From contig CM052817.1 in NCBI GenBank assembly GCA_028534125.1, positions 106,828,001-106,892,000 of the forward strand: a stretch of 64,000 bases of DNA. The letters run 5' to 3'. Both the position numbers and the translations under genes were made by a program. Positions 1 through 10,990 of the stretch are shown here, piece after piece. How positions within the stretch are numbered: position 1 is the stretch's first letter; the number at the start of each line of letters is the position of its first letter. Source of the DNA: Lama glama (taxonomy: Eukaryota). The notes under the pieces were generated by a model, which did not search any database, was not told the DNA's origin, and saw only the letters and a program-made list of their open reading frames with translations.

Positions 1-1879
1 AAGGTCTTAGTCAACTCAGTGGAGTCTGCTACTTTGTCTTGGCTCAGACCGATTCCACCTGGTTGCCATATGGAAACCTACGTGGGGTGCCGGGCAAACG
101 CACAGTGCACTGCATCAAACTCAAGGCATCTCTCTAAAGTGTGCGGTACAGTTTTCAACCCAGACACCGGGGAGAGAAAATGACTGTCCCCAAGACTGCT
201 GTTCATCTCACTCTGTTCACAAAGTGCTTTGCTACAGTGACGCCTACCCCCTTGGAAGTCAGCCCACACTTCACTGACAGCCGCCAGTTCTATCGGGTCA
301 ATTCCACCTGAATCCACTTGCCTGCAGCGTTGCCGGAGCGCACAGCTTACCGAGCCATTATTATTTTGTGCCTGTGTCCAGGGAGCTCCACAAAGGATAT
401 GTTTTAAAGAGCCTGGAATAGGTAAATAAATAAATAAAAAGTTCATAGGTAACATGTAATTTACTAGCAAAAAAAAACCACCAAGCACGTGTCACTGCCC
501 TCACAGCCCTCACGGCTCATAGCCTGTTTCCTCCAGTGATTACCTGCAGAATTCTACGGTGCAGAAAAACCTGGATTTTGTTTTTCAGCTTACTCCTTGA
601 AATTGGTAGCTGACAGATCTTTCCTTAGCTTGCCTCAAACGTCCTGGCTCATCTCCACTGTAAAGGCAACATATTTTCCAAAAAGAACCTCCATCTACAC
701 ATGAATAACAATGCGTTCGGCATCCCTCTGCTTGCCCGTCCATTCTATATAGGGGATGTAATCAAGGCTTTAGAAAAACCAGAGCATCTTCTCCTTTCTT
801 TATTGCTCAAAAAAAAAAAAAAAAGAAATGAGGCATTTAGAGATCTACTTCTCATTCTTCAGCCAGAGGATCCAACTACTTTGTAACTTGCAGCTGGATC
901 TATGACATTCTAATTTTGGTAAGGTTTCTGGCAAAGTTGGTTGAGACATTTCAGGAGAAAACAGATACTACAGCGGTTACTGCTTGATGGCAACACCGAA
1001 GTGTTTAAAAAACTCTCTGAGCAGTTTGCCTGCTGGGTTCCATGGACACTCCAGCTTCAGAAAATCTATGAGCTCCTTAAACAGTACACAAAATTTTATG
1101 TCAATGTGCAATTTTCCACCACTTATTAAATGTCCAGTGTCTGCACACCAAAACAAGGTTAAACATCACTGAGTCATTCGGTCACACAGGGGAAAGAAAC
1201 TCTGCTTTTTTACACAAACGTTTATCTCAAGAAAACTCATTAATACATCATATTTCGTTATTGCTCATTCACTCCCATCAGGCCAACCTCTGTCCCGCTG
1301 TGCACTCTGCCCGTTCCTACTTCTAACTTCTTCCATTCACCCATCTCCCTGTTGCCTAGGTGGCCCTTCTTTGAAAGCCGACGCTAATGTATTTCTTTCG
1401 TAAAGCTTCAGTGACCAACTGTAACTCAGATGGATTTCACCTCATTTTTTCACTCTTAGTGTTCTTAGCATCCGGAGAATCACCTACAGAACGTGTGTGT
1501 GCGTGTGTGGGCACACGTGTGTGCACTTTTCATAGATGTTTCCTATATGAAAGTGTATCTCCAGATATATCACACAGCACGCATCCTAATCTTACATCTT
1601 CAGTATTGTCAAGGATCCAATAGCTCATCAAAACCAGGTTCAAGTCTTGCTTTTCATGTAGCTCTCACTGTGACTCAAAGTACCTGCTTGCTTAGTTGCT
1701 GCTACGAGCTATGAGCAACCCTTGGAAATGCCTGTAGTTGCAGCATTCCTCTCCGGAACTGGATTACCTTGAAAGAAATCTTTCTTCCCTAAAGTTAGGA
1801 ACTATGGTGCAACATTATGGAGAGATGAATTTTTAAAAATATGAAACATTCCCACCAGTCAAACTATAAACTGCGTATC

Positions 1880-2607
1880 TAATGCGTACAATTTATCCAC
1901 AAATTCTGTTACCACTCTTTCCACTATCTGACCCATTTCCATTCTTCCAGGGCTACCACCCTCATTTTATTGTCATGACTGCGACAACCTCCCGGCCGGC
2001 CTCTGCTCCATGGGGAGACTTTTTCACAAAGTAATGACAGTGAGTCTTTTAAAATGTGAGTCACATCGTGACACTCCTCTCCTTCAGTTTTCTCCCTACG
2101 ACCTTCCGTCTTACATTAAATTATGGAGTCCTTAAAACGGTCCTTAAGGCCCTGGATATTCAGTGGACCACACTCTACTGTGGTCACAAGTGCTGTAATT
2201 TCTCCTTCCTCTTAGTCCACTCCATTCAAGCCAACAATTCCAACTCCTACACCAGATTCCTACCTGTTGATCCCATCCAACATACTCCTGTCTCAAGGCA
2301 TCCATCTTTGTTATAACCTCTGCCTAGTTCGTTGCCTTCAGATCTCTTCTCACCACCTCCAGATCCATGGGCTTGCTCTGATCCTGCTCCAAAAATACAC
2401 ACACACATATGCACAAAGTCCCCGCCAGCCCCCGTATCCTGCAGATCTACCTTATCTCCATTTAACATATGAGACAGTAGTTTATTATCTTTGGTCCCCA
2501 GCTGGAGGACAAGTATGTTTGCCTGTTTTGTTTATTGCTGTAACCTTAGTGGCTAGAACGTTATCAAACATATACAAACTGCTCGATACGTTTTTGTTAA
2601 ATGATTG
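1880..2607 (+). mobile_element. L2 3' portion
   Basis: TCTTTTAAAATGTGAGTCACATCGTGACACTCC..CTTAAGGCCCTG..GCTCGATACGTTTTTGTTAAATGATT (L2 3' terminus). Confidence 0.7.
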
Positions 2608-3014
2608 CTCCATGTTAGTCAAATTCCTTTTGAACAAAGACAGCCACCTAAAAGTACTTTAAAGAACAAAATTATTAAAATGTACATGCAGAAAACACAT
2701 TGGAAGGCAAAACACCAAAAATGTCCACAGAAAGGTCAGTGATTCGTCATGACCTAAATTTCTTTAATGGGGATGGTAAAGAGAAGGAAGAATGATTAGG
2801 AGACAGGGAGAAGGAGGGGGTTAAGTGGCAGTAAGACTTAACCCGTGAGACTGATCATGTGGAAATCTTGAGGCTAAAAATCTACTCTGGAGACCAATGT
2901 CCAGAGGTAGTGGGAAAGGGGTACCGTCTCTGATGTCCAATATTATCAACAGATATCCTGCCCTCTGACAATTAATTATCTGTTTGTTTATTGTCTGCCA
3001 TTAATGCCCCCCTC

Positions 3015-3524
3015 CCCACCAAGTCAGCCTCAGTGCTTCTGCCATATCCTCTTAGAATTCTTTACATTTCCGTGTGTACTAGCGACGTCCGTCAGCGTGT
3101 TTTCACTCCCAAGAGCCAGGAACCACATCTCTTTACAGAAGGATGGACCTCAGGCAGCCAGAACCTCCTGCCTGTGCACACAAGGAACTTGAACTCCCTG
3201 GGAATTGATTTCCCAGCAGTGGCAACCGCTTTCGCTAGTGGCTCAGAGTCGCAGAGGGACAAATACTGTCCCCTTGCTTCCCAGTCATGCCAGCCCGAGG
3301 TTTTCCCCACACTGTCTCTTGCTCTTCCCTGCAAGAATAAGTCCAGGTTCCTTTTCATGGAACTTTTCCCCCCGCCCCGGCACCTCGTCCTCGCTCAACC
3401 TCTTTCCCTTCCTGGCCTCACTTTCCCACTCTCCTGCCAGTCCTCCTGGGAGCACGTCCTCATAAATCACTTTCACACAAATCCTTATCTCAGGATTTGC
3501 TCCTGGAAAACCCAACCTGAGACT
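3015..3524 (+). mobile_element. LTR16-like ERVL 5' LTR
   Basis: Ends ...ATCCTTATCTCAGGATTTGCTCCTGGAAAACCCAACCTGAGACT, the typical 3' end of LTR16-type LTRs, directly followed by a PBS and ERVL gag. 5' boundary approximate. Confidence 0.75.
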
Positions 3525-3526
3525 GT

Positions 3527-3540
3527 TGGTACCAGAAATG
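3527..3540 (+). other. Retroviral primer-binding site, tRNA-Leu type
   Basis: TGGTACCAGAAATG just after the LTR; near-complementary to a tRNA-Leu 3' end (..CCACTTCTGGTACCA), as expected for ERVL. Confidence 0.75.
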
Positions 3541-6248
3541 ATCTTGGAGACTGAAACTCGGGGTAGGATTCTGGAGTTGGCTGACTCACTGGTGAGATGG
3601 CCATAGGAACTCCACTGCTGGTGACAGATAAAGGGACAAGGACTGGAGGCCATTGCTAACACGTCTGTGTGTGGCAAATCGGGGTGGGATACAAGGGGAA
3701 GGGGGTGCCCTGGAATGCGCAGAATCTCTAGCAGTTGAGACATATGGCAGTGGTGGTAATTACAGGAACTGTGGGGTTGTTGGTTATGATGAAGTACCGT
3801 CCGTGGATTGGAGAAAGGACAGTACAAATTTAGATCAACCAGTTATCGATTCAGAGCACAGCGTGAGAGCCACAAGTCCTCCATGGCGGCGTTTAAAGAG
3901 AATATCGCGTTCTGTAGCTGCAGGGAAGACCTGCCGAAGAACAAGACCGGGACCAGGGCCAGGAAATTAGCAAAGCTGCGAAGAAGGCTTATTTGCTCCG
4001 TGGCAAGTTACTTTTGCTAAATGTAGATTCTGACAGAGAAGGAATGGGATCCTGGGACTAGGGAGAGAGAGACCGGAATGCACCCAGAATCACTGAGCCC
4101 TCAATGCCCTTAAACCCCTGGGCCTGAGGAAAGGCCTCCATTCTTCTAGCCAGAGGACAGCAGCTCCCCCACGCTGCCGACTGAGCAGAAGCCTCAACTG
4201 AGACCAGTGCTTTGCAAAATTATACTTGCCAATCCAGATGGGTCAGTTCCTCTCTTCCTGTCTACTGCACCAGCATGAGCTTACAGACAAAGTACAGCCT
4301 CTGCTAAGGAAGGAGAGGAATTATTCACTGAAGGAGCTAAAGAGCTTGGCTAACAGGTGCTGGGAGGAGCTGAAAGAGTATGACTGGATGTGGTCACTGA
4401 GGACTGGAAAACGTAGACCAGCAAGCCGCATGGGGAGAGTTTGTTGCTAGGGGATATGCTCTTGTATCTTAACACCCCAGCAGGAGCACCAAGCCCAGTC
4501 CTAATATATCTAGACTGTTTTTTTCCCTGGGAGCTTTGAAAAGACCAACAACTTACATCAATGAGGTAAAAATACCTGAACTTCCTCAGCAGAGTTTGAG
4601 AAAGAGATCAGCAGACTCCAAGAAGTAGGCAAGCTAATTGTGTAAAATCCAAGTCCCAGAAGACTCCCCCACCACCAAGTGACAGGGACTGCACCGCTGA
4701 GGAGGGCGCTGACATTGTCGAGAAGCTGACATTGTCGAGAAGGTGATTGCTCTCAGCAGGCTAGGATTGAGGTAGGATGATGTTATTTTGCAACTGATGT
4801 CCTTGTGTCGGTGGGGAGGGTAGGATTTGGAGGAGCAGAGGCCAGATGCAGCACTTAACCACCAGGCGAAGAAGACAGTTAACCACAACTGGCATCAAAG
4901 CTGCAAGTTGCTATGGTGATCTCTAATAAACCCTGGTGTTTCCAGGACAAGATAGATGGGCAGACAGCAAGGGCATTGCCTGCTCATATAAAATTTTAAA
5001 AATGTTTTTTAAAAAGATGAAGAGCAGATGAACAGAAGACTGGTGTCTTCTGTACTAAGAGTGTCCAGGCTTGAGCCAGTCCTCAGACACAGAGTCCACT
5101 GTTTGAAGGGAAGGCTATGTTCACCTGAAAGAGAATCCTGCAATCCACAGCAAGGATGTGCAATGTTGACCCTCCCAGTCCTCCCCAAAGGGAACTACGG
5201 ACACTTACACAGCCAACTGTACACTAGGACACAGGGGATACAGACATGCACCTTGTACTTTAAGCTACGGAGTTCACACTAACACTGATACCAGGAGTCT
5301 CCAAATTGTTACTCTTATAAGAGTGGGGACATATGGAGCCTGATGATAATGGGGTCCTGACCCAGGTCTATTCCACAGGGTGTCCCTGGTCCCACACATC
5401 TTCCACGATCCTTGAACACATGCACAGAATAATGTATATAGCAGCTGGCATTGATTACACTGGCTCTTTGACCTATGGAGTAAGGGACATCCTTGCAGAA
5501 AAAGCCAAGTGCAAGCCCCTGAACTTGTGCCCAAAGACAATAAATCAGAAACAATACCACGGCCAAGTGCAATGGATGAAATTAGCGATTCGCTCAGATA
5601 TTTAGAGTATGCAGAGGCAGTAATTTCCACTATATCTCCACTTATTTGACAATCTGGACCCTGGAAAAAAAACAGTGCCTGTGGCAGATGACTATAACTA
5701 AGTTGTGGTTCCAGTTGCATTAGCTACACCATGTAATGGTATTTTTTTCTAAAACAAATGCACTCTTTTCACCAGTTATCAAGAAGAAGGATCAGAAGTG
5801 TTTATTCAAGTGAGTGGGTAGAGTTCTACCCTTTAACAACATAATCTGGAGGGACTTGTGTCAGCTAGACACTCCACAGACCATCACACTGGCCCACTGA
5901 ATCAGTGATATACCATGATAATTGGACCTAATGTGCAGTAACATGCACTCTGAGTGCCTGGAAAGGGAAATGTGCTATGTGGGGAGGGAGATGAAAACCC
6001 ACTGAAGTTCAGAGACTTGCCACATCAGTGTTGTTTTTAGGGGGCTGGTGATTTGGAACAAGCCACAGATCTCTTCCAAGATAAAAGACTGAGTTACTAC
6101 ACCTGCACCTCCTCCAGCTACTACGAAGATAAAGAACAGAAGTCAGCAGCCCTCTGCAGGCTTTGCACTTGAGGAGCTTTATTGTATGATTGGGACAGCT
6201 GTCAGATCAAGAGAGGGCTTTGAAAAAGACAAGAAAAAAAAAAAGGAT

Positions 6249-6400
6249 GGGAGAAAGGGTATAGATCAGGTCGTAGACTGCATGCTTAGCATGGCCGAGG
6301 TCCTGGGTTCAATTCCCAGTACCTCCTCTAAAAATAAAGAATAAATCTAATTACCTCCTCTGCCAAAAAAAAAGAAAAGAGAGAGAGACAGACAGACAGA
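6249..6400 (+). mobile_element. Camelid tRNA-Ala-derived SINE (Vic-type), inserted in ERVL pol
   Basis: GGGTATAGATCAGGTCGTAGACTGCATGCTTAGCATG..GGTCCTGGGTTCAATTCCCAGTACCTCC plus A-rich tail; flanked by GAGAGGGCTTTG/GAGAGGGTTTTG. Confidence 0.9.
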
Positions 6401-6619
6401 CTGAGGGAGAGGGTTTTGTGCCAGGTTTAGGCTACTATGTAAGTGACACTGCTGCTACCTGGGCCATCTGAGAACAGATCCCAAGGTGGAAATATCTGTA
6501 GTGAAGGTACTGTTTGGATTCTCTGGCAAGCCCCAAATGGAGAATCTCAGCACAGACCCTATAAGGGCCTGGAGAATAGCTTTGACATTCACAGCAGAAA
6601 ATTATATGCTCCATTTGAT

Positions 6620-7256
6620 ACCTTGTAATAGACTGTAATGGAAAAGAATATGAAAAGAAATATAAATATATAAAGCATATAAATATAATATATGTATAAT
6701 TGAATCACTATGCTGTACATCAGAAGCAAACACAACATTGTAAACTGATTATACTTCTGTTACGGAAACGACAGGGCAGCCAAGAAACAAGCACCACTCG
6801 GAGGGTTGGAGTCCTCAGATGTATTACGCCGGCGGGCTCAGAGGGGCTTCTGCTCCGAAGCTCTGAGCACCTCCAAGACGTGCACATGAGGTTTTATAGG
6901 GTAAAGTACAAGCTTGGGGTATTCGGCCAATAGGCATGGAACAGCTTTAGCAGCATCATTATCACAAAAGTGGAGGCAAGGAGGCAGCAAACCAACATTC
7001 CAAAGCCAGATATAACTCTTTGAAAACCAGCTGGCTAGCAAAAAAAAAAAAAAAATGAACAGCAAACCAACACTAATCAACTTAGATTTACCAGTTAGTC
7101 CAGCAGAACTCAGATCAGTATTCCGATACTTAGATTTGTGAGTTGTCTTGTTAGCCCAGCCTGGCTTTTCCTTCACACTTCAACTAGAAGAAATTAAAGA
7201 GGCAAAAAACAAAAAAGGCTTCAAAAAGATGAGATTCCTTTGAAACTAAAATAAAA
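6620..7256 (+). mobile_element. L1 3'-end fragment inside ERVL, split by a solo LTR
   Basis: TGTAATGGAAAAGAATATGAAAA..TGAATCACTATGCTGTACA..ACATTGTAAACTGATTATACTTC|AAC then A-rich tail; diverged duplication AGAAAATTATATGCTCCATTTGA / AGAAATTATATAGTTTATTTGA on the flanks. Confidence 0.8.
6758..7177 (-). mobile_element. Young ERV solo LTR (420 bp)
   Basis: TG..CA termini (TGTGAAGG..CGTAACA on minus), perfect 4-bp TSD CTTC (6754-6757, 7178-7181), CCAAT box 6927-6931, TATAAAA 6892-6898, AATACA 6820-6825, many retained CpGs. Confidence 0.9.
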
Positions 7257-8691
7257 AGAAATTATATAGTTTATTTGAAAACAAAAATCTGGCATGCTAC
7301 TGAGTCACTGGTGAGACTGAACAAGTGACGTGGGACAGTAACTGAAACACAAACAGAGATTCCCATCAGAAGCAGGATGCTGGTGCACTTACCAAATCGT
7401 AAGTTTCTCCAGGCAAGCAACACCTCATCAGACATCCAGGATCGACCCTGAGCGTGTCCAGAACTGCCAGTTCCAAACAGTGTCCCAGACCCTTAAACAG
7501 TCATCCAAACAGATGTCCCAGATCTCCATACCACCCACCTCTTGTGCACCAGTACCTCTTTCTTAGTCTTCTGTGGGATTCTTGACACCAGCTTAAAAGG
7601 AAGATAAAACCCAGGCCCAGATCATGGAGGAAATGGCTCAATGGGTTGATTAAAGCTGAAAATGGAAGGCAGGTTACTCTGCTTTCCTACTCAGGGAGAG
7701 CTCTGAAAAACAGAGCTGCTGTAGAAAACTCCTCCAAAGGGCAGAGCTTCGGGTAGCATACCGTCTCAGCCCCGCTGGTCGCAAGAAAAGTGGACTCAGA
7801 TAAGAATACACATGAGCTTCTGTGCAGTGTCAGCTGGCTTCACTAATGGGTCAAAGCACTGGAATCAGCAAGATTGGAAGATTCAGAGAAAAGATTAGGG
7901 CGGATTAAGGACATCTGAGAAAGAAGCATGTGGATGGATCAGTGAGAATGGAACCAAGTCTGTGAACATTTGCACTGGGTGCTGATGCGCACTAGGTAGC
8001 AGCCCCTGCAGAGCATGAGATAAACAACCCGTGGACAGGATGTGTCATCCTACAGATGCCAGGCAGCCTCTGCCCTTGCCCATCCCAGTGCTAGTGCAGT
8101 GGACCCAGCTGCCACGACAGCAGAGATGGAGGTTACCCATGGGCCTGACGTTCTGGGCATCTCTCACCAAGGCTGGTCTAATGATGGATGCTGTTGAGAA
8201 TCCAACCTGCCATCCCCAGAGACAGATACAGAATCTTCAATATGGTGTCATCCCATATGGGGACCGAGCAGCCACCTGGGGGCAAGTTTACTAGGTTAGA
8301 CCCATCCCACAGTTCCAAGCATGAGTCTGCCTCTCCAGCTCATAGTGCCTCGGTGTGTGGAGTCAATTCAGTGTGGGTACAGATGGATCTGAGCAGTCTG
8401 GAGAGGACACTGTCAGGATGCCACCATATCCCATCTGACCCCTTTACCTTGTTCATGCTCGCAGGCATCTGGGTGTGCCTTTATTTCCAACATCAATCAC
8501 CCGCACCTTTTTAGGCTTCTGTAACTCACTCTGCCTGCCTGAATGGAAGAGCTGAGCATGCCTCAGGAAGCCTGAAGGTAAAGGTGGACCACAAGCAATT
8601 CTTACTTCCTTTAAAATTTATTTCAGAATCTCATTTTATATGCAAATGATTCTATCTTCAATTAAATATCCCCTCTAGGTTAAAGGAGCCT

Positions 8692-9174
8692 TGTGTTAGA
8701 GTTCTCCAGAGAAACAAAACCAACAGTATATTGGTTTTCAGAGAGAGAGAGAGAGAGAAATTTATTATAAGGACTTGTGTCACAAGATTATGGAGGCTGA
8801 GAAGTCCCATGATCTGCCACCTGCACACAGGAGACCCAGGAAAGCCCGTGGTGTAATTCCACCCTGAGTCGCAAGTCCTGAGAACCAGGAAGCCAGCGGA
8901 TCAAATCCTAGGCCAAGGCAGGAGAAGACTGACGCCCCAGCTCAAGCAGACAGGCAGGAAGGGACCAAATCCTCCCTGCCTCCGCTGTTGTTCTACTCAG
9001 TCCTCGACAGACTGGATGATGCCCGCCCACCCGGAGGACAGCAGTTCGCTTTACTGAGCCACCAATTCAAATGCTAATCTCGACCAGAAACATCCTGACT
9101 GTCTCCTCAGAAATAATGTTTCATCTGGGCTCCCCACGGCCCAGTCAAGCTGACAGATGAGATTAACCATCACA
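8692..9174 (-). mobile_element. MLT2 (ERVL) solo LTR
   Basis: Minus strand starts TGTGATGGTTAATCTCATCTGTCAGCTTGACTGGGCC and ends TTTCTCTGGAGAACTCTAACACA; internal (GA)n, all typical of MLT2. Confidence 0.85.
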
Positions 9175-9743
9175 ACTCCCAAAAGATGGATGAAGAATTC
9201 GAATTCCTAAGCCACACGGGAACAAGAGGAAAATGGTAGCTTGCACTATATCCAACACTGGCTCTTGCATCCAACCTGGGTCTTGCTTTTGTTAACAGGG
9301 GGCTCTTTAGAATGGTTCGTGGCTTCTCAAGATACTCAGGTAGCATGGGCTCCACAGAATAGACTGTAATTGTGGAGGAGGCCAGTTCAGCTCCTGGGGA
9401 ATTTACACATGACCTGAGTGTTCTGTTTAGATCCCTGCGTCCTGACTCCAGGACGCCCATGACTGCTCTCTTTGCTCAAAGCCCATCCCAGTCACCGTCA
9501 TCTTCAAGGAAGAAAAGCAATGATATGTAAGGTTGAAATTAAAGAACAGCAAATCTTGCCAATTCTGTCTTCAAATAAAAATCCCAAATCTGACTTCCAA
9601 TCCTTCTTTCACCAATACAGTTACATCAAAGCTATCATCATTCCCCTCCTGGATTTTGGTAATACTTTCTATTTTCCCATTCTTGCCCTTGAACCCATCT
9701 AGTCTAATCTCAATACAGCCGGTATGTCCTTTTAAAATATGTC

Positions 9744-10221
9744 AGACTCTAATTTGAAAAGATACATGCACCCCAATGTTCATAGCAACACTAGTTGCAA
9801 TGGCCAAAACATGGAAATAACCTAAATGTCCACAACATATATATACAATGGAATAATACTCAGTCATAAAAAAGAATAAAAGTATGCTATTTGCAGCAAT
9901 ATGGACAGAACTGGAGATCATCTTTCTAATTGAAGTAAGCCAGAAAGAGAAAAATACTATATGGTATCACTTGTATGTGGAATCTAAAAAAATGACACAA
10001 ATGAACTTATTTACAAAACAGAAATAAACTCACAGACATAGAGAACAAATTTATTGTTATCAGGGAAATGGTGGGGGGTGGAGGGATAAATTGGGAGTTC
10101 AAGGTTTGCAGATACTAATTACTATATATGAAACAGATAAACAACAAGGTCCTACTGTGTAGCACAGGGAACTATATTCAATATCCTGTAATAATCTATA
10201 GTGAAAACGAATATGAAAAGG
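9744..10221 (+). mobile_element. L1 fragment (ORF2 end and 3' UTR), lacking poly(A)
   Basis: AAAGATACATGCACCCCAATGTTCATAGCA..GGAATCTAAAAAAATGACACAAATGAAC..AGCACAGGGAACTATATTCAATATC. Confidence 0.9.
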
Positions 10222-10475
10222 TGTGCCCACTGCTGTGTCAGTGAGCCCTTGCAGCGGTCTACTAGGTATCTAGTACCTAGTATTTAGTACCTTGCAGCTC
10301 TTCTACTAGGTATCTCTGTGCCCTGAAGCACCTTCCCTATGCTTCAGATGTTTTTGCCTTCTTAGCCATCAAACATTAACATTCCATGTCCTCAGGGAGC
10401 CACCTTTCTCCTTATTTGACTACACAGTCTTGCACACAGAAGAAGCTCAATTACTAGGAGTTAAGTGACTGAAGG

Positions 10476-10990
10476 AGTTACCAAGTTGGAGCTCATATTG
10501 CTCCCTGCTTGACAGGCTAATAAATCGAGAGACAAGTTGCTGAGGCAAGGAACAACAACTTTATTTAGAAAGCCAGCAGACTGAGAAGATGGGGGACTGG
10601 TGTCCCAAAGAACCATTTTACCCGTGTCAGAATTCAGGCTCCTTTTATAACAAAAGGGGAGTGGTGTGGTTAGTTGTTGCAAACTTCTTGGTGTCAGAAT
10701 CCTTTGTTCTTGCAGCTGTCCACGTGGGTCAGGTCATGGTGTCCCTGTAAAGCTCCAACAAGATAAATGCTACTTTCTATTCTGCAACTTTTTATCTGTA
10801 TATGAATGGGAAAGTGTTAACCCTCAAAGGTCAGGACCTTGAGGATGGGCTCGCCTGTCTATTTCAGGCTCCAGGCAACATCCTTTTACAAAATGTGCAG
10901 AACCAGCGTGACTGAGCACAAGAAAGAGCACAGGGTTAGGGCTAAAGGAGCAGGTCTCATATGGAGTCAGGTTTGTTCTTCCCCATTACA
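10476..10990 (-). mobile_element. ERV1-like solo LTR, family A copy 1 (MER41-like)
   Basis: Minus start TGTAATGGGGAAGAACAAACCTGACTCC; TSD AAGG at 10472-10475 and 10991-10994; homologous to the copies at 20.3, 32.4 and 51.0 kb. Family name is tentative. Confidence 0.9.

Larger units (their letters stand above)
3525..8355 (+). mobile_element. Decayed ERVL (ERV3-16A3/HERV16-like) internal region: gag-pro-pol remnants, truncated in integrase
   Basis: gag-like peptides AQRESHKSSMAAFKENIAFCS (3808 ORF), EKEWDP (~4036) and YSLKELKSLAN..DWMWSLR (4226 ORF). pro/RT GSLTYGVRDILAEKAKCKPL..INQKQY (5333 ORF). RT active site decayed to ITLAH*ISDI (5883-5912; expected YIDD). Integrase LTKAGL..ENPTC..QYGVIPYGDRAATWGQV (8031 ORF). 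Many stops and frameshifts. Confidence 0.9.

Noticed and set aside
78..488. 136-aa minus ORF as a CDS
   Set aside because: No recognisable homology, non-ATG start and an intron-like T-rich beginning.
2991..3827. 187-aa (+) and 180-aa (-) ORFs
   Set aside because: They overlap the ERVL LTR and leader; chance frames in GC-richer repeat DNA.
5333..8294. Domesticated ERVL gag/pol gene
   Set aside because: Frames are short, interrupted by stops, frameshifts and nested TEs; the catalytic YIDD is lost.
8692..9174. MLT2 as the 3' LTR of the ERVL provirus
   Set aside because: Opposite orientation and unrelated in sequence to the LTR16-like 5' LTR.
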